The notes under the pieces were generated by a model. That model was not told the DNA's origin. It searched no databases and worked only from the letters and a program-made list of their open reading frames with translations. From positions 17,441,653-17,505,652 of the forward strand of contig JAHRHZ010000031.1 of NCBI GenBank assembly GCA_024137785.1: a stretch of 64,000 bases of DNA, written 5' to 3'. Positions 37,428 through 49,619 of this stretch are shown here, piece by piece (the stretch's first letter is position 1; every line of letters begins with the position of its first letter). Both the position numbers and the translations under genes were made by a program. The DNA is from Ginglymostoma cirratum. Lineage: Eukaryota.

Positions 37428-37675
37428 CTTGACTCCTGGCTTCACTCCTCTTTTCACTGTTTTGGATGGATCAGAGATGGAACCAGATTGAAGTGGTGAA
37501 TTGGACTGTGATGGTGAATTCTTTTTTGAAGTAGATTGTCCAGGTCGTTTGCCTCGTATGTTTTTATGACTTTTCTGATTTGTCACCTCATCAGATTTCT
37601 GTGGTGATTGCATTGTACGTTTAGGCAATCTGGAAGGAGCTGATGGAGTAGCAGGAATACTCTTTGGAATTGACA
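37428..37675 (-). CDS. scml2: SCML2-like exon, basic/low-complexity RBR-like region (VSIPKSIPATPSAPSRLPKRTMQSPQKS...VKRGVKPGVK)
   Basis: 248 nt, phase 1 to 0; acceptor cttag|TG, donor AAG|gttcgt; within ORF 37275..37775; MQSPQK motif recalled from human SCML2. Confidence 0.85.
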
Positions 37676-37934
37676 CTAAGATTAAGCAGAATATTTCAAA
37701 AAATGCTTTATTAAATCCAACAATACTGACGTAAAATAAATGTTTTCCTTCAAAACAAACCAAATCATCTATCATATTGCCTAGTAAGAGTATCTTCGAG
37801 TCTAAGTGCTCTTGTGGAAGTTGTAAGTTAAGACTTCACTGACAACCTAAGCTCAACTGCAATACTCCCAACCTCTCTGTCAACCGTCACAGGTTCATAC
37901 TACAGTTCGCGACTTGAGAACTAGCTGGTGACAG

Positions 37935-38075
37935 GAATGTTGGGAGGGCTGCAACGCTGGAGGTGTCATCTTACCAAAAAAAAACCTCAAACTAAGGTTC
38001 ATCCTTCTCTCAGGTGGAAGTCAAAAAACCGTAATGTAGGGGAGCAGTCCAGCATCCTGGTCAAATTTTAGAACT
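37935..38075 (+). mobile_element. DeuSINE-core-like remnant
   Basis: ctgcaacgctggaggtgtcatctt...aaactaaggttc...ctctcaggtggaagtcaaaa...tcctggtcaa resembles the Deu domain as recalled. Confidence 0.5.
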
Positions 38076-41000
38076 ACTCAAATACATTTAGTAAAATATC
38101 ATGAAGATATCAAGTCAGGATGGAAATAACTTTTGCTCAATCAAGCTGAAATTAAATGTGTCTAGTAATTGGCTGTCCAGTTTGCCAGTTAATCAAAACT
38201 TAGACATCTGACTGCCACCTTAAACTGATATAAAAAGAGTTAGAACTAGAATTGGCATCACATTTACTGTTTTGTAAAAATGTACTCAATCATTTGTAGA
38301 GACTTAGAAACCAAAAGAAGTGGCCAGACCCCAAAATGATGAGTTCCACGAGCAAAATAATAGTTGAAGGAAATAATATGCTTCAACAATTAACATATAC
38401 AACTATTAAGAAAAAACACAACACTAAAACAGAAGTGTTTTTGAAATGATCCATCATATACCGGACCTCATCCAACCATCATGACAGATGGATTGAACAT
38501 TTACATATATTATCAGAGATTGGAAATATTTCCAATAAATTGAAGTTCTGACACAAGTTAGGAAGATCTCAACCTTGACCCTAATCATTATTTGAAAGGT
38601 TGCAGCCTTTCAAGTTTTGCCCAGTTTTGCACTTGGTGAAAGAATAATAAGTTAATTTAGCAATGCAGATGACATGCAAAAAAAAAAAAAAACTGATACT
38701 AATCCAGTATATGCTCAAACCTACAACAAATGTTTGGCTATTACCTTGGAAAATCCTGTTTCCATGCTGATCTGATAACCTGTAAATGTTGGGTATGACC
38801 TAAGATTCAGGTTTTGAATAGATTCTATACTAACTGTTATATTATACATCAATAACTTATAGCATTTATCATGCGCAATTGCCCCTGTTATAACTAGAAT
38901 AGGGGATATATTTATCGACCTTGAAGTTCAGTGCTTATAGGCAATGCATTTGAGCCTGCAACTTTTACAAATCAAACGTCCATAACTGAAAAGTTATACT
39001 ACAGGAATAGCAATCTGTGTATCAATTATCCATAAAAAAAGCTAGCAGGCTGGCATAAATTAGCTCAAGTCAATCCACTTTCCTGCTCATTTGTGAATGG
39101 CTACAACATTGGCAAGAATAAAAAAAAGCTGATTTTGCAGAACTGCTGCCAGGGTCAAGCCAGAAGCAGTAAGCCTGACGTCATGGGTAAGAGTCAAGAC
39201 TTCTAATTTATTTGCACAGACTCCATGTGGAAGAGCACAGGTAACTCAAGCTGCTCAGGAATGGGAGAATTTTTAAGTTCTGCAACTCAGCATGAAAGTA
39301 GGAAAGAGTGATGTTACAATACAAAACGAATAAACTAGTTCACAAACTGTTGTAAATAAGCAGAGAAAATATGAAAGTAAGCATACCCAAAATCAGTCAG
39401 ACCATTGATGAAAAGACAATATGCTGAAGTAACAAAGCTGGTTTTCTCCAAAGGAGGCTGAATGTGACCATCTTGAACCTTTCTCATTCAAAGCTAAATA
39501 TCAATTAAACAATGAGGCAGTGAAATAATTCTCACCACTGAAGATGGATTTTCTGGGATGCTCTCCAAACTGACAAAAATCAATCAGAAATTACACATTT
39601 GCTGCATTATCATGGGAAATCATGACAGATGTAAACTATGTACCCATTTACCTACTGCACAGTTCTGCCAAAGTCTGATATATGAACTTATTATACACAC
39701 TTTCAGGAGAAAGGAATTATGTGACCATCAAGAGACACCCAAAACTGAAGGGAAGTTACTGCTTTTTGCTGCACAGTTACCAGTAAGTATGCCTCAACAT
39801 CTTTGCACCATCTCACCGTCTTCTTCCATTCCTCCCAGTCTACCTGTGCTCCCTCCGTCCCTCCTTGACTCTGCACTTGCCACCGCTCTCCTCTCTTTTT
39901 CCGAATCCCCTCATCATCCACCATCCTTCCCCACACCTCCAGCTTCAGTGTCAGAAATAATTTGGAATATGATGACACATTATCACATAAAAGACAAAAA
40001 GGTTATCATTGTTCCCATACGCAGTGACATGCATTTTGAAAAATAATAACGTAAGGCACAGTATTCTTGCAGCTTATCTTTACAAGGTATTCTTTCCTAA
40101 TACCACAAAAACAAATTTGCAATTTCCTATTCTATAGGGTCTTCTCAAGATCGAGTAGCGTTTTGATAACCACAGTATTTCACAATTCGTTATGTCACAC
40201 GTTACTCAAGAAACAGTATGGGTATATACATCCTTGGGCATTTACGCCATGAAGTAAAGGAAAGAGCACAAAATAAAGCCCAAGTGAAGATCAGTCGTGG
40301 AAGTGACAGAGAAAGAAGATATTAATCCACAGTGCTAACTCCAGACATTCCACAATTATGAATCTTTTTATTGACATCGCCAAGGTTTTGTGACACAGCA
40401 TTGCCCGTTATTATGGCAGCAATAAGTAGATTTGCTGTGCATTGAGTACCAAGGTGCGTGCGAAGGTCAGGTCTCATACTAGAGAATTTCTCTTATGGAC
40501 TGCTGTACTGTGGAATCTAATTAAGAGTCTTCTCAGTTTCTGAATGGACAGGCTGGGAAATAACCTTGAAACAACTTTCATGGTATCTTTCACACTTCTC
40601 TGGTGTCTAATTATACACATTCCAACACAGAAACCTGCTCATCTTGCACGAATCCACAACAGCGAGGGTAAAACAGGAGAAGGAAGGCAAAGCGGGAAAA
40701 GAAATAAATGACGCAGCAAGACAGCTGTCCAAAATCAAAGCTCCAGACATTGCAGAGCCATTCTATGATCCTCCATTAAAAGGTACATGTCGATCTCTAC
40801 CATGAAGTTCCCACTAAAAACACACCCTGCCACCAAACACTCTTTCTGCAAGGGTAATAAATGCAGAACAAAAGACATCATTACCAACAAAAGAGCACTC
40901 CTGCGTTCAGCTATCAACTTAGGTTTTGCACGCTTATTCATAAACAGGATTTAAACTCCCACTTTCCGATGTACAGGAAGTATTGTTGATAGATGGTGAA

Positions 41001-41353
41001 TGACACGTTGAACTCATGGTACTCTTCCATTCAGTCAAAGTTATTTTCAGGCAATGCATCCTTTCCACAGGGAAAGTAATGCCTCTTGCACACGACATCG
41101 GTGAGCAGTAAATTGGTTGATGTAGCATGTATAATTGTGGTAATTAGAGCATCTAGGTATATAAATTAATACACTGGTGACCCTTACTGCTGTAAAAATA
41201 ACTATTGCTATTGTTGAATTTATCTGTAGGTCATCATTGAAGAGGTGGCTTAGCAGTTTTGATTGTGAAATGTTTCTGAAAACAGGGTCCCTAGTCATAA
41301 TTTGTGAACACAAGTCCTAGGATTAGGTTTAATGTCTACATGTGGGACAGAAC

Positions 41354-41575
41354 GGAGGCACAGTGGTTAGCACTGCTGCCTCACAGCCCCATAGACCCGG
41401 GTTCGATTCCACCCTCAGTCCAAAAATATACAGGCCATGCTAAATTGCCCGCGGTGACCAGGGATGAGTAGATTAGGTGGGTTATAGGGGGATGGGTCTG
41501 GGTGGGATGCTCTGAGGGTTGGTGTGGACTTGTTGAGCAGAAGGGCCTGTTTCCACACTGTAGGAATTCTATGAT
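41354..41575 (+). mobile_element. HE1-type SINE with central deletion
   Basis: ggcacagtggttagcactgctgcctcacagc...gggttcgattcc head; tail gggcctgtttccacactgtaggaattctatgat. Confidence 0.85.
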
Positions 41576-41762
41576 AATGTCTCTGGTACAGTTGCACCCA
41601 TTTTTCTTAGACTATGTGCAGTACTGCACAACTTTCAGTCACCAGTCATTTTCTTACATTTGTCTTAGCTGGCTTCAACCAGGGTTTCAGGAGGCAACTT
41701 CCATGAGGGGACTCCAGTTATACATGACACCAATGGAGCAAAGGAGCCTCATTGGCTGAGAT

Positions 41763-41962
41763 CAATACAGCGTGGAGCTGGACGAACACAGGTCAGGCAG
41801 CATCCGAGGAGCTGTAGAATCGACGCTTCGGGCCTAGACCCTTCATTCTAGGCCCGAAGTGTCAACTCTTCTGTTCCTCTGATGCTGCCTGACCTGCTGT
41901 GTTCCCCCAGCTCCATGCTGTATTGACTCTGATTCCAGCATCTGCCATTCTTGCTACCTGAC
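41763..41962. mobile_element. Palindromic Penelope pLTR element with 10-bp TSD
   Basis: Inverted arms of ~75 bp plus a 3' extension; tggctgagat at 41753-41762 and 41963-41972. Confidence 0.82.
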
Positions 41963-42104
41963 TGGCTGAGATACCCAGTGCTTGCAACTGGTTTCAGCAA
42001 AAAGAATGTGTTTCACTGCTCATTTATCTATTTAGTAAAATGAACCTGACCCATATGAAGTATTTTTTTTCAAAGATTAATTGATCAAAAATACACCAAC
42101 CTAA

Positions 42105-42480
42105 TTTGTTGGAGGGTAGATTTGATAAAAGCATTTCAAAATCTTGAAGGGTCTGGACTGGCTAGATAGGGAGAAACTATTAATGCTTATAAAAGGATCA
42201 AGAACCAGATGGTGCAGCTTTAAAGTATTTTGCAAAAGAAGCAAACGTGAGGCAAGAATAAATGTTTACGCACAGCGAATGGTCCAGGTTGGAATGCACT
42301 GACTTCAAACGTGATGGCGACAGAGTCATTTGAGGCACTCAAGAGAACATTGGATTATTATTTAAACTGAAACAATATGGGAGGGCTATGGGAAAAGACA
42401 AGAGTTTACCTTAAAATGCTCAGAAAGCCCGTGCGGGCCAAATGGTACCTTGTGCACCCTAACAATTTCATGATTCTGTG
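42105..42480 (+). mobile_element. CR1 LINE 3' end
   Basis: LEGRFDKSISKS/KILKGLD...cacagcgaatggt...ggaatgcact segment and tail. Confidence 0.7.
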
Positions 42481-42539
42481 GAAAAAAAATTTAGCGTAGT
42501 GCGAAGTTAGGCCAATGCTTATCACTAAGCAACCATCAG

Positions 42540-42774
42540 GTGGTTGAGGTTGGTTGGCTCACCGAGCTGGCTTGTTTGTGTGTCTCTTCTAATTTGGTCC
42601 GTTTAATGACGACAAAGGTGTCGTCTACGTAGCGTATCCATAGTTTAGGTTGGATTTGCGGAAGGGCGGTCCTTTCCAGTCTTTGCATCACTGCTTCTGC
42701 GACCCATGGGATCGCCTATCTCATGATTCATAGCAGAAGCAGTGATGCAAAGACTGGAAAGGACCGCCCTTCCG
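42540..42774. mobile_element. Penelope (Poseidon-like) RT fragment with internal inversion
   Basis: Minus: AEAVMQRLERTALPQIQPKLWIRYVDDTFVVIK; plus: PMGSPIS*FIAEAVMQRLERTALP; pLTR piece ggctcaccgagctggcttg similar to 14350-14373. Confidence 0.82.
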
Positions 42775-43174
42775 NNNNNNNNNNNNNNNNNNNNNNNNNN
42801 NNNNNNNNNNNNNNNNNNNNNNNNNNNNNNNNNNNNNNNNNNNNNNNNNNNNNNNNNNNNNNNNNNNNNNNNNNNNNNNNNNNNNNNNNNNNNNNNNNNN
42901 NNNNNNNNNNNNNNNNNNNNNNNNNNNNNNNNNNNNNNNNNNNNNNNNNNNNNNNNNNNNNNNNNNNNNNNNNNNNNNNNNNNNNNNNNNNNNNNNNNNN
43001 NNNNNNNNNNNNNNNNNNNNNNNNNNNNNNNNNNNNNNNNNNNNNNNNNNNNNNNNNNNNNNNNNNNNNNNNNNNNNNNNNNNNNNNNNNNNNNNNNNNN
43101 NNNNNNNNNNNNNNNNNNNNNNNNNNNNNNNNNNNNNNNNNNNNNNNNNNNNNNNNNNNNNNNNNNNNNNNNNN
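42775..43174. other. Assembly gap (400 N)
   Basis: Run of N. Confidence 1.
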
Positions 43175-43307
43175 CCCTTCTTCAGAAATGCATTTTTGCA
43201 GAAAAGCAGCCTTCCTGCTCCTCTGATGCTGCTTGGCCTGCTGTGTTCATCCGTCTCTACACCTTGTTATCTCAGATTCTCCAGCATCTGCACTTCCTAC
43301 TATCTCT
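43175..43307 (+). mobile_element. Penelope pLTR (17503/52310 family), partly in the gap
   Basis: cccttcttcagaaa turn followed by cttcctgctcctctgatgctgcttggcctgctgtgttcatcc...gttatctcagattctccagcatctgca. Confidence 0.8.
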
Positions 43308-43410
43308 TAGAAACCATCAGGTGGGTTGGGAGAACTGTAACCATGTTTTTTTTTAAATCTCCTGATACAAAGTGAACAACTCACAACTTAAACTGAGTAA
43401 CTGCCTCCAA

Positions 43411-43516
43411 ATCAGAAGTTCTGAGAAAGGGTCACTCGACCCAAAACATTAACTCTGATCTCTCTCCACAGATGCTGCCAGACCTGCTGAGCTTTTCCAG
43501 CAATTTCCATTTTTGT
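43411..43516 (+). mobile_element. Penelope pLTR-derived solo unit with 10-bp TSD
   Basis: ctgcctccaa at 43401-43410 and 43517-43526; ttCTGAGAAagggtcactcgacccAAAAcatta degenerate hammerhead. Confidence 0.82.
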
Positions 43517-46500
43517 CTGCCTCCAACTGAGGCCTATATGTATCAGAAATGGGAGAAGAACATTAAATAAAGCAATTTCTTCAATTTAAATAAACTATTT
43601 TCTATAGCATCAAATTATTTACAAATCATAGGTTACAAATGATTACTTAATTTACTTTTATAGACAGTTTAAGATATTATTCAACAAAAAAATATTGATC
43701 ATCTTTCGAAATAATGCTGCAGTATTAAGAACACTTCTTTGATAGGACTATGGACTTGGCAATTAGAAATGGGACAGCGTTTTCTTCTTTTCACACATGT
43801 AAATGTCAAAGATCCAATTATTATTTAATTGAATTGTGGGACAGCTGGTCACTCTTGGATATTAAATGACATACATGAAACATAACTAATTTCAAATACA
43901 AAATATTCCAGACACAGCTTTATTGCTTTCACGCAAACAAAAGCCTAAGAATACCGTATCAGTAGATTTATATTTAAAAAGATAGAACTAATTGAAAAAT
44001 AGAAAATGTGTTCAAAGTTCACTCTAACCCAATGTCAGAGTCAAATTTTTCACCAAGGTACACAATTCTCACAAGAAAACATGATTAAAATTGAAGTTAT
44101 GCTATGGCAATCTTAGAGTTTATTAAGCTTCAATAAAATTACTCAGGCCTTTATTTAGAACAAAGAGCAATATCTAAATTTCAAATCATATAACACAACT
44201 GAATGCAAAGGTACATATGCTAAAATAGTAACTTATGGTTTTACAAGTTTTTGACCAAAATTTGCAGCCAAGTTAAGCTATAACTCTAAAACATTGTACA
44301 ATACAGCCCTCAAATGAAGACTGCAACATTCATAATATAACAATTTGTTGGAATAGTATTTATTCCAAGTTTAGATCTGCAACACTTGGCCTAAATCTGT
44401 AGACACTTGAATTTAGTTTTCCAAAAAACATTTTTAAAAAATGACCTTTTTTTTTAAACAAAAGGACATACCCTACGGCCTTCATTTGGATTGATACACT
44501 CTTGTCACACAAAAGGTATGCAGGCAAACAACAAAGGCCTACATCTCAATTCAATTTAGCAGTAAAGTTTTTCTTAAAAAAAGGATTTCATGCTCCAGCA
44601 TTGCTCACCGTAGTTTGTGTTTTAATTCTTCTTAAACTTCTACCAGATCAGGAGCCTTGAATTCCCTTTCTAGATTTCCTCTGTCGACTGCACTTTTTTC
44701 TGCCTGCTAACTCATCAACAAAGCTCATGCTGACTGAGGCTCTACCAGCAAACAGCATGTCTAGGATATTTGCATTTGTTTGGTTGGTTAGAGGATGGGG
44801 GTGGTGAGGGGGGGGGGGGGGGGAGAGAAAGAGGGGCAACTTGGGTTTTAAAGTAATATGTATATTGTGTGCAGGCCATAGTGACAGTGCTCATCAGTCA
44901 CCTGCTCCCACTATCTCCACCCCCACTTTTGCAGAAGGCTAAAAGGTTAAAATGGGTCACAGATCCACAAAAGGCAGAAAACCAAATTGGTCATTTGCAT
45001 CTGTAGACAAAAAAGTGTCTATTCTGAAGCATATGCGATGAAACCAAACCAAAAAGATGTGGATTAGATTCTCATGGAATGAGATTTTGACAGTCAACTG
45101 GTTTGTTTTAAGATTTTTTTGCAAAATTTGGTAAATTTATAATTATTTATCTGATTGAATCAGTAAGGAGATAGAGGAGCCAGCAAAATACACATTTAGT
45201 CTTGCACTCAAATCACAAGCTACCATGAATAGACTTATGCAGCAATGAAGTCAACTGTCAAAGGCAATATTTAAACTATGCAACAGCAATTGTACTTCTC
45301 AAATATAAACTACTATTATCAAAATGACTAAAACCTCTACAGCTATTTTATCAGCCAAATATTGTAAAGTTCAAGTTCATAAGCTTTTTTTTGTCTGTTT
45401 ACTTAATTGATGATTAACTATCTCCAAGGGTCATAAATATTAAGTAAAGCAATTTTCTCAATTTAAATAAACAATTTTGGCATAGTAGCAAGTTATTTAG
45501 AAATCAGGGTAGGTTACAGATGATTCCTTAAACTGTCTTTAATAATAAAGGCATGAATATTTAGTTTATTAACTCAAATTCTAATTCTTTTCTTTCAACT
45601 ACATCAAAAGGCCTCCACAAAATCTCAACAGTACCTTGATCTAATTGCTTTCATGAGGAAAGCTGATTATCTAGAATGCGTTTAATTAGCAATTGATAGT
45701 ATGGCTAAAGGAAAGGGTTAACAATCTGCAGGACAGAAAATAAAGTGTACAAAATGACTACACTGCTGATGACTACACAGAAGTTTTTTCGAAAATCACA
45801 AGGTTTTTTAATCCTCCATGGCAGAGAAAATAAATGAATCTTGAGCATATGGTAACACCATTTTTTGAATCAGAGCCTGAGGTCCCCTGAAGAATGATTC
45901 TGCTATCTATCAGAGAAGGTCCTATGTTCACTGCAGGCACCAGATTCTCACGTAAGAACAAAGAGTCTCTGTCCTATTGGCTCAAATGAAAATGTCGCAT
46001 CTCTCCTCCCTGTCTCATAAAAAAGATTTAAAGGGATTTAAAGGCAGCCATATAGTGTGTTCTGAATAGCATTTGACAATGCAATTTGAAGAAACAGGAT
46101 GCAGTCTACAAAGAGGAATCTGTCATTCTGTGTTCGCATGTCCTTTGAGGTATCATTTCATCAATTCCCTCCCTGAAGAGGCTACAATGAAACTGTACTC
46201 AGTTGTCAATTCCAGATAAATACAGTCTCAGCACAGATTCCAAAATCAAACTTTTTCTGCAATCTCTGATTATTTGTTTCCTAAAACAATTCAAACTCAA
46301 ACCCATACCCCTGAGCCAACTGGTGCCTTCTTCAAGCGAAAACAAAATTTTAACGGAGCAACATAACGGAAAGAAATTATCAATGAGTTACTGAAGACTC
46401 AACAGCATTCAATGAAAAGATTGACACCTTTGGTGGGCCCATTAATGGAAATGCTCAAACCATTAGTTATTCTGGTATTCATAATGGAACTGTGCCATAT

Positions 46501-47349
46501 GATACAAAGAGTCAAGGTAGTTAGTTTAAGTTGGGGATTTTCATAGAGCGCCCAAGGGGCTGTAAAGGTTTCCCATCACAACCCGGGCTCCAGATCAGCT
46601 AATTTCTCACTAACTATTGATTGACAACCATCCTGGTCATCAGAATACCAGTCATGTCATCCATCTGATCTCTGTCTCCCTTCTCATAAGTCCTCATTCG
46701 CAAAGTGTACTGAAATATTTATTTTTCACATATCCAAGAATAAGATGTTACTTTTTCACAGCATGGTTCAATTTTCATTATTCTCTCCCAAATGCTTCTC
46801 TTCCTGCCCTCGCCCGCCAATCCCTTCCACCTCTTGCCTTGCTCTTGAATTGTATGAGCTGACTATTCTGTTTAAATTAACAGTGTGCATGGGGATAACA
46901 GCATTTATATAGAGTGGGGTTTCTACTCTGGGAAACAGCAAGTGCCCCAAAGTATACAGCATTTCTTATTCTGTAGCACAGAAGTCGTTGGATCAGTACA
47001 GCAAATAATGCAAAGCTGGATCTTCAGTGGCAACAAAACCAAAGTATTAAGCCAGATTAAACATGTCAAAGATGCTGCCACAGCATCAGGACGACTACAC
47101 AGTACCAGCAATATGTTTCACATCCAATAACACAGAAAGAACTGATGTTCAACTTGTAAACAAGTTATCTTTAGTTTTTAAAGAGTCCATGAAATTGTAA
47201 ATAAAACATTGCTATAATCTTCAAGTTCTTCTGTAAACACTGATGCATTGCACCATGACAAGGTCCTTGCGGCACCATCCAGCACTAACACCAAAGGAAA
47301 ATCAGGAAGGCAACTTAGGTGATGATGAAAGTACTCAGCAGCCGACTGC

Positions 47350-47715
47350 AGCATAATGGTTGTGTCACAAGACATAACCCAGATACGCAAGCTGACGTGC
47401 TGGAACATGTTTTTGAATCCCACCATGACAGCTGGTGAAAATTTACATCACGTAACAATCATGGAACTTGAAGCCAGTCTTAATAATGTTGACCACAAAA
47501 AACTATTAATTGCTAAGAGAATATTGCTAAGAGAAACCCAGCTGCCCTCCTTACCCAGTCATGCCTACATGTGACTCTGATCCTCAGCAATATAGTTGCA
47601 ATTTAACTACCTGCAGGAATGGCCTGGCAAGCAACACAATTTAAAGGTAACCAGGGAGGGACTACAAATATTGACAATGTCAGAGTTGTCCACATTCACA
47701 AAATAATAGAAAAAA
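47350..47715 (+). mobile_element. tRNA-derived SINE (second family), diverged copy
   Basis: Aligns by eye to 62700-63020 (aatcccaccatg..cagctggtg, ccttacc..gtc..gcctacatgtgactc); A-rich tail. Confidence 0.55.
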
Positions 47716-48224
47716 ACGAAAGAAGATCTTGTAATACAACCATACTCTCACATGACAAGTTGTTCACTCCACTTCAAAGCAAAATGCTGCGTTTTGAAGA
47801 CACATTTATGGAGCCTTCTGATTAAATAGTCTACCTGAGAAATTCAACTATATTTCTGACTTTGATAACATGATTACTGCCATAAATTGGGTTGGCATTT
47901 AGATCCTTACAAAACATTCTCACCCAAAAAAAAAATCCCTGGAAACCTCAAAAACAAGACAGTGCACCTTTTAAAATATCAAATGTGTACTACACACCGT
48001 ACAATTTGGCATGTTTAAGCAAGATGTACATGTTTTTACATACACAATTCACCATGAGTTTTCCACTAGTCGCAAATTTCAACCTTTATCATAGTTGCGC
48101 TCAACAGTGGTGACCACAAGCACAGCTTGCAATATAAAATCAACAAGCCATTAATACCAAAATTGCACTGTCATGGGAATTAATAATTTTTGACCTTATA
48201 AAACAATCTTTAAAATATTCTTTC

Positions 48225-48800
48225 CTATGTGCCACTGGTAGGTCAGCATTTGTTACACAGCCTTAATTGTACTCGAGAGGTGGTCAGGTACTTTCTTCAA
48301 ATTGTGCAATCATCTAGTTTCAGAATTAAGTAACATGATTTTGACCCAGGGACATCTTAAGATAGTTTGTGGCTTGGAGGATGCTTCTAGGTGGCAGGTC
48401 TTGGGTTGGAAAGTGCTTTCAAGGGAACTTTCATGAAATGCTACAGTGCTTCTTACAGATGACAAGCACTGAAGCCACTGTGCAGTGATGGGAGTGGATC
48501 TTTAAGGTGGCGGACAGGGCACAGATCAAGAGGGCTGCATTTTCCTGGACTGTATTAAGCTTCAAGCTGTTGTTTCCATATCAAGGGCAGTTATCTCAAG
48601 TTCATCACTTCTGTCCAAATTCGCATTAAGGCTGTAATGAGGTTGGAAGCCAAAAGCCCTGACAGAAGCTGAACTGAAAATTGATGAGTAGGTTATTGCA
48701 GTTTAAGTGCCACTTGATTGTACTGTCAAAGACATATTCCATCATGAGAATAGACCAGTGGGGTGGTAATTAACTCGATCTGATTGGACCTGCTCTGTGG
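48225..48800 (-). mobile_element. Second LINE family fragment
   Basis: gattttgacccag...ggcttggagg...gggttggaaagtgct shared with 10640-10780. Confidence 0.6.
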
Positions 48801-49619
48801 AAAAGGCTGGCTTCCTGTTGTAAATGTGAGATAATATGACACAACCAAAAACACTTCAACTGACGGGTAGTAAATAATCATTATTTGAAAGCAAGCTAAA
48901 AGTCATGATTTAAATCTTTCAAAATTATTACAGGAGATTCTGAAGATCAAAGAACTTCAAAAAACAAATCATGCCCAATGCAAAGTTAGCTTCAGATGTT
49001 TTGAACTAGTTCAAAAAGCTAGAAATTGGTCATGCATCCAGATTAATCACCAATTTATTGTCCATTTCTGATATTTGGGGCCTTTAAAACATAAAAGTGT
49101 AATTAATTAACAGGCACATTTCAAATTAATTTTATATTTAAAAAGAAGTACTTGAGTTCTGTACACCAATACAACTAGTAAATCATTCTGTTCAGCTTCT
49201 CTTCAACAAAATATTCACTAATTTGCAAGTTGTTACTTAGATAAGGGACAAAACACTGGTTTGTTTCAAATAAACCCATTCAAATTATACAAGTAGGTAG
49301 TAAGCTGGTACATTTTGAAATATAATAGGGGTGTTTATAACAGGAAATATTTCAAATTTACAGTCTAAAATGCTCTCCAACTGCTCAGGTTTATGGCACA
49401 TTTACATCTGACAAAATGCAAATGAACTCAAGGAGGAACATGAGCAAAAAACCTGTTAAAACTAGTTTAATTGTGAAACCAAATTTGTACCCAGACTGCT
49501 AATTATAGCCAATGTTGTAATATTGGGCCTCATGATTGACTGTGCATAGACCACTTCTTTCTGGAAAAACAAATTCAGTATATTTCCTAAGACTGAAAGA
49601 TGTAGAAGCAAAACAGGTG

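Noticed and set aside
39558-40046. 162-aa plus-strand ORF
   Set aside because: Low-complexity pyrimidine tract antisense to scml2 with no recognisable domain.
40330-41330. Apparently repeat-free intronic stretch, possible conserved non-coding element
   Set aside because: Conservation cannot be assessed from one sequence, and no specific motif stands out.
41354-41412. tRNA-like sequence with A and B boxes
   Set aside because: It is the head of an HE1 SINE, followed by SINE body and tail, and is not a tRNA gene.
42723-43356. ORFs of 167 and 204 aa
   Set aside because: They are open only because they span the N gap.
44797-44836. G-run / G-quadruplex-like motif
   Set aside because: A simple homopolymer tract on the template strand with no independent support; mentioned only as context for the candidate exon.
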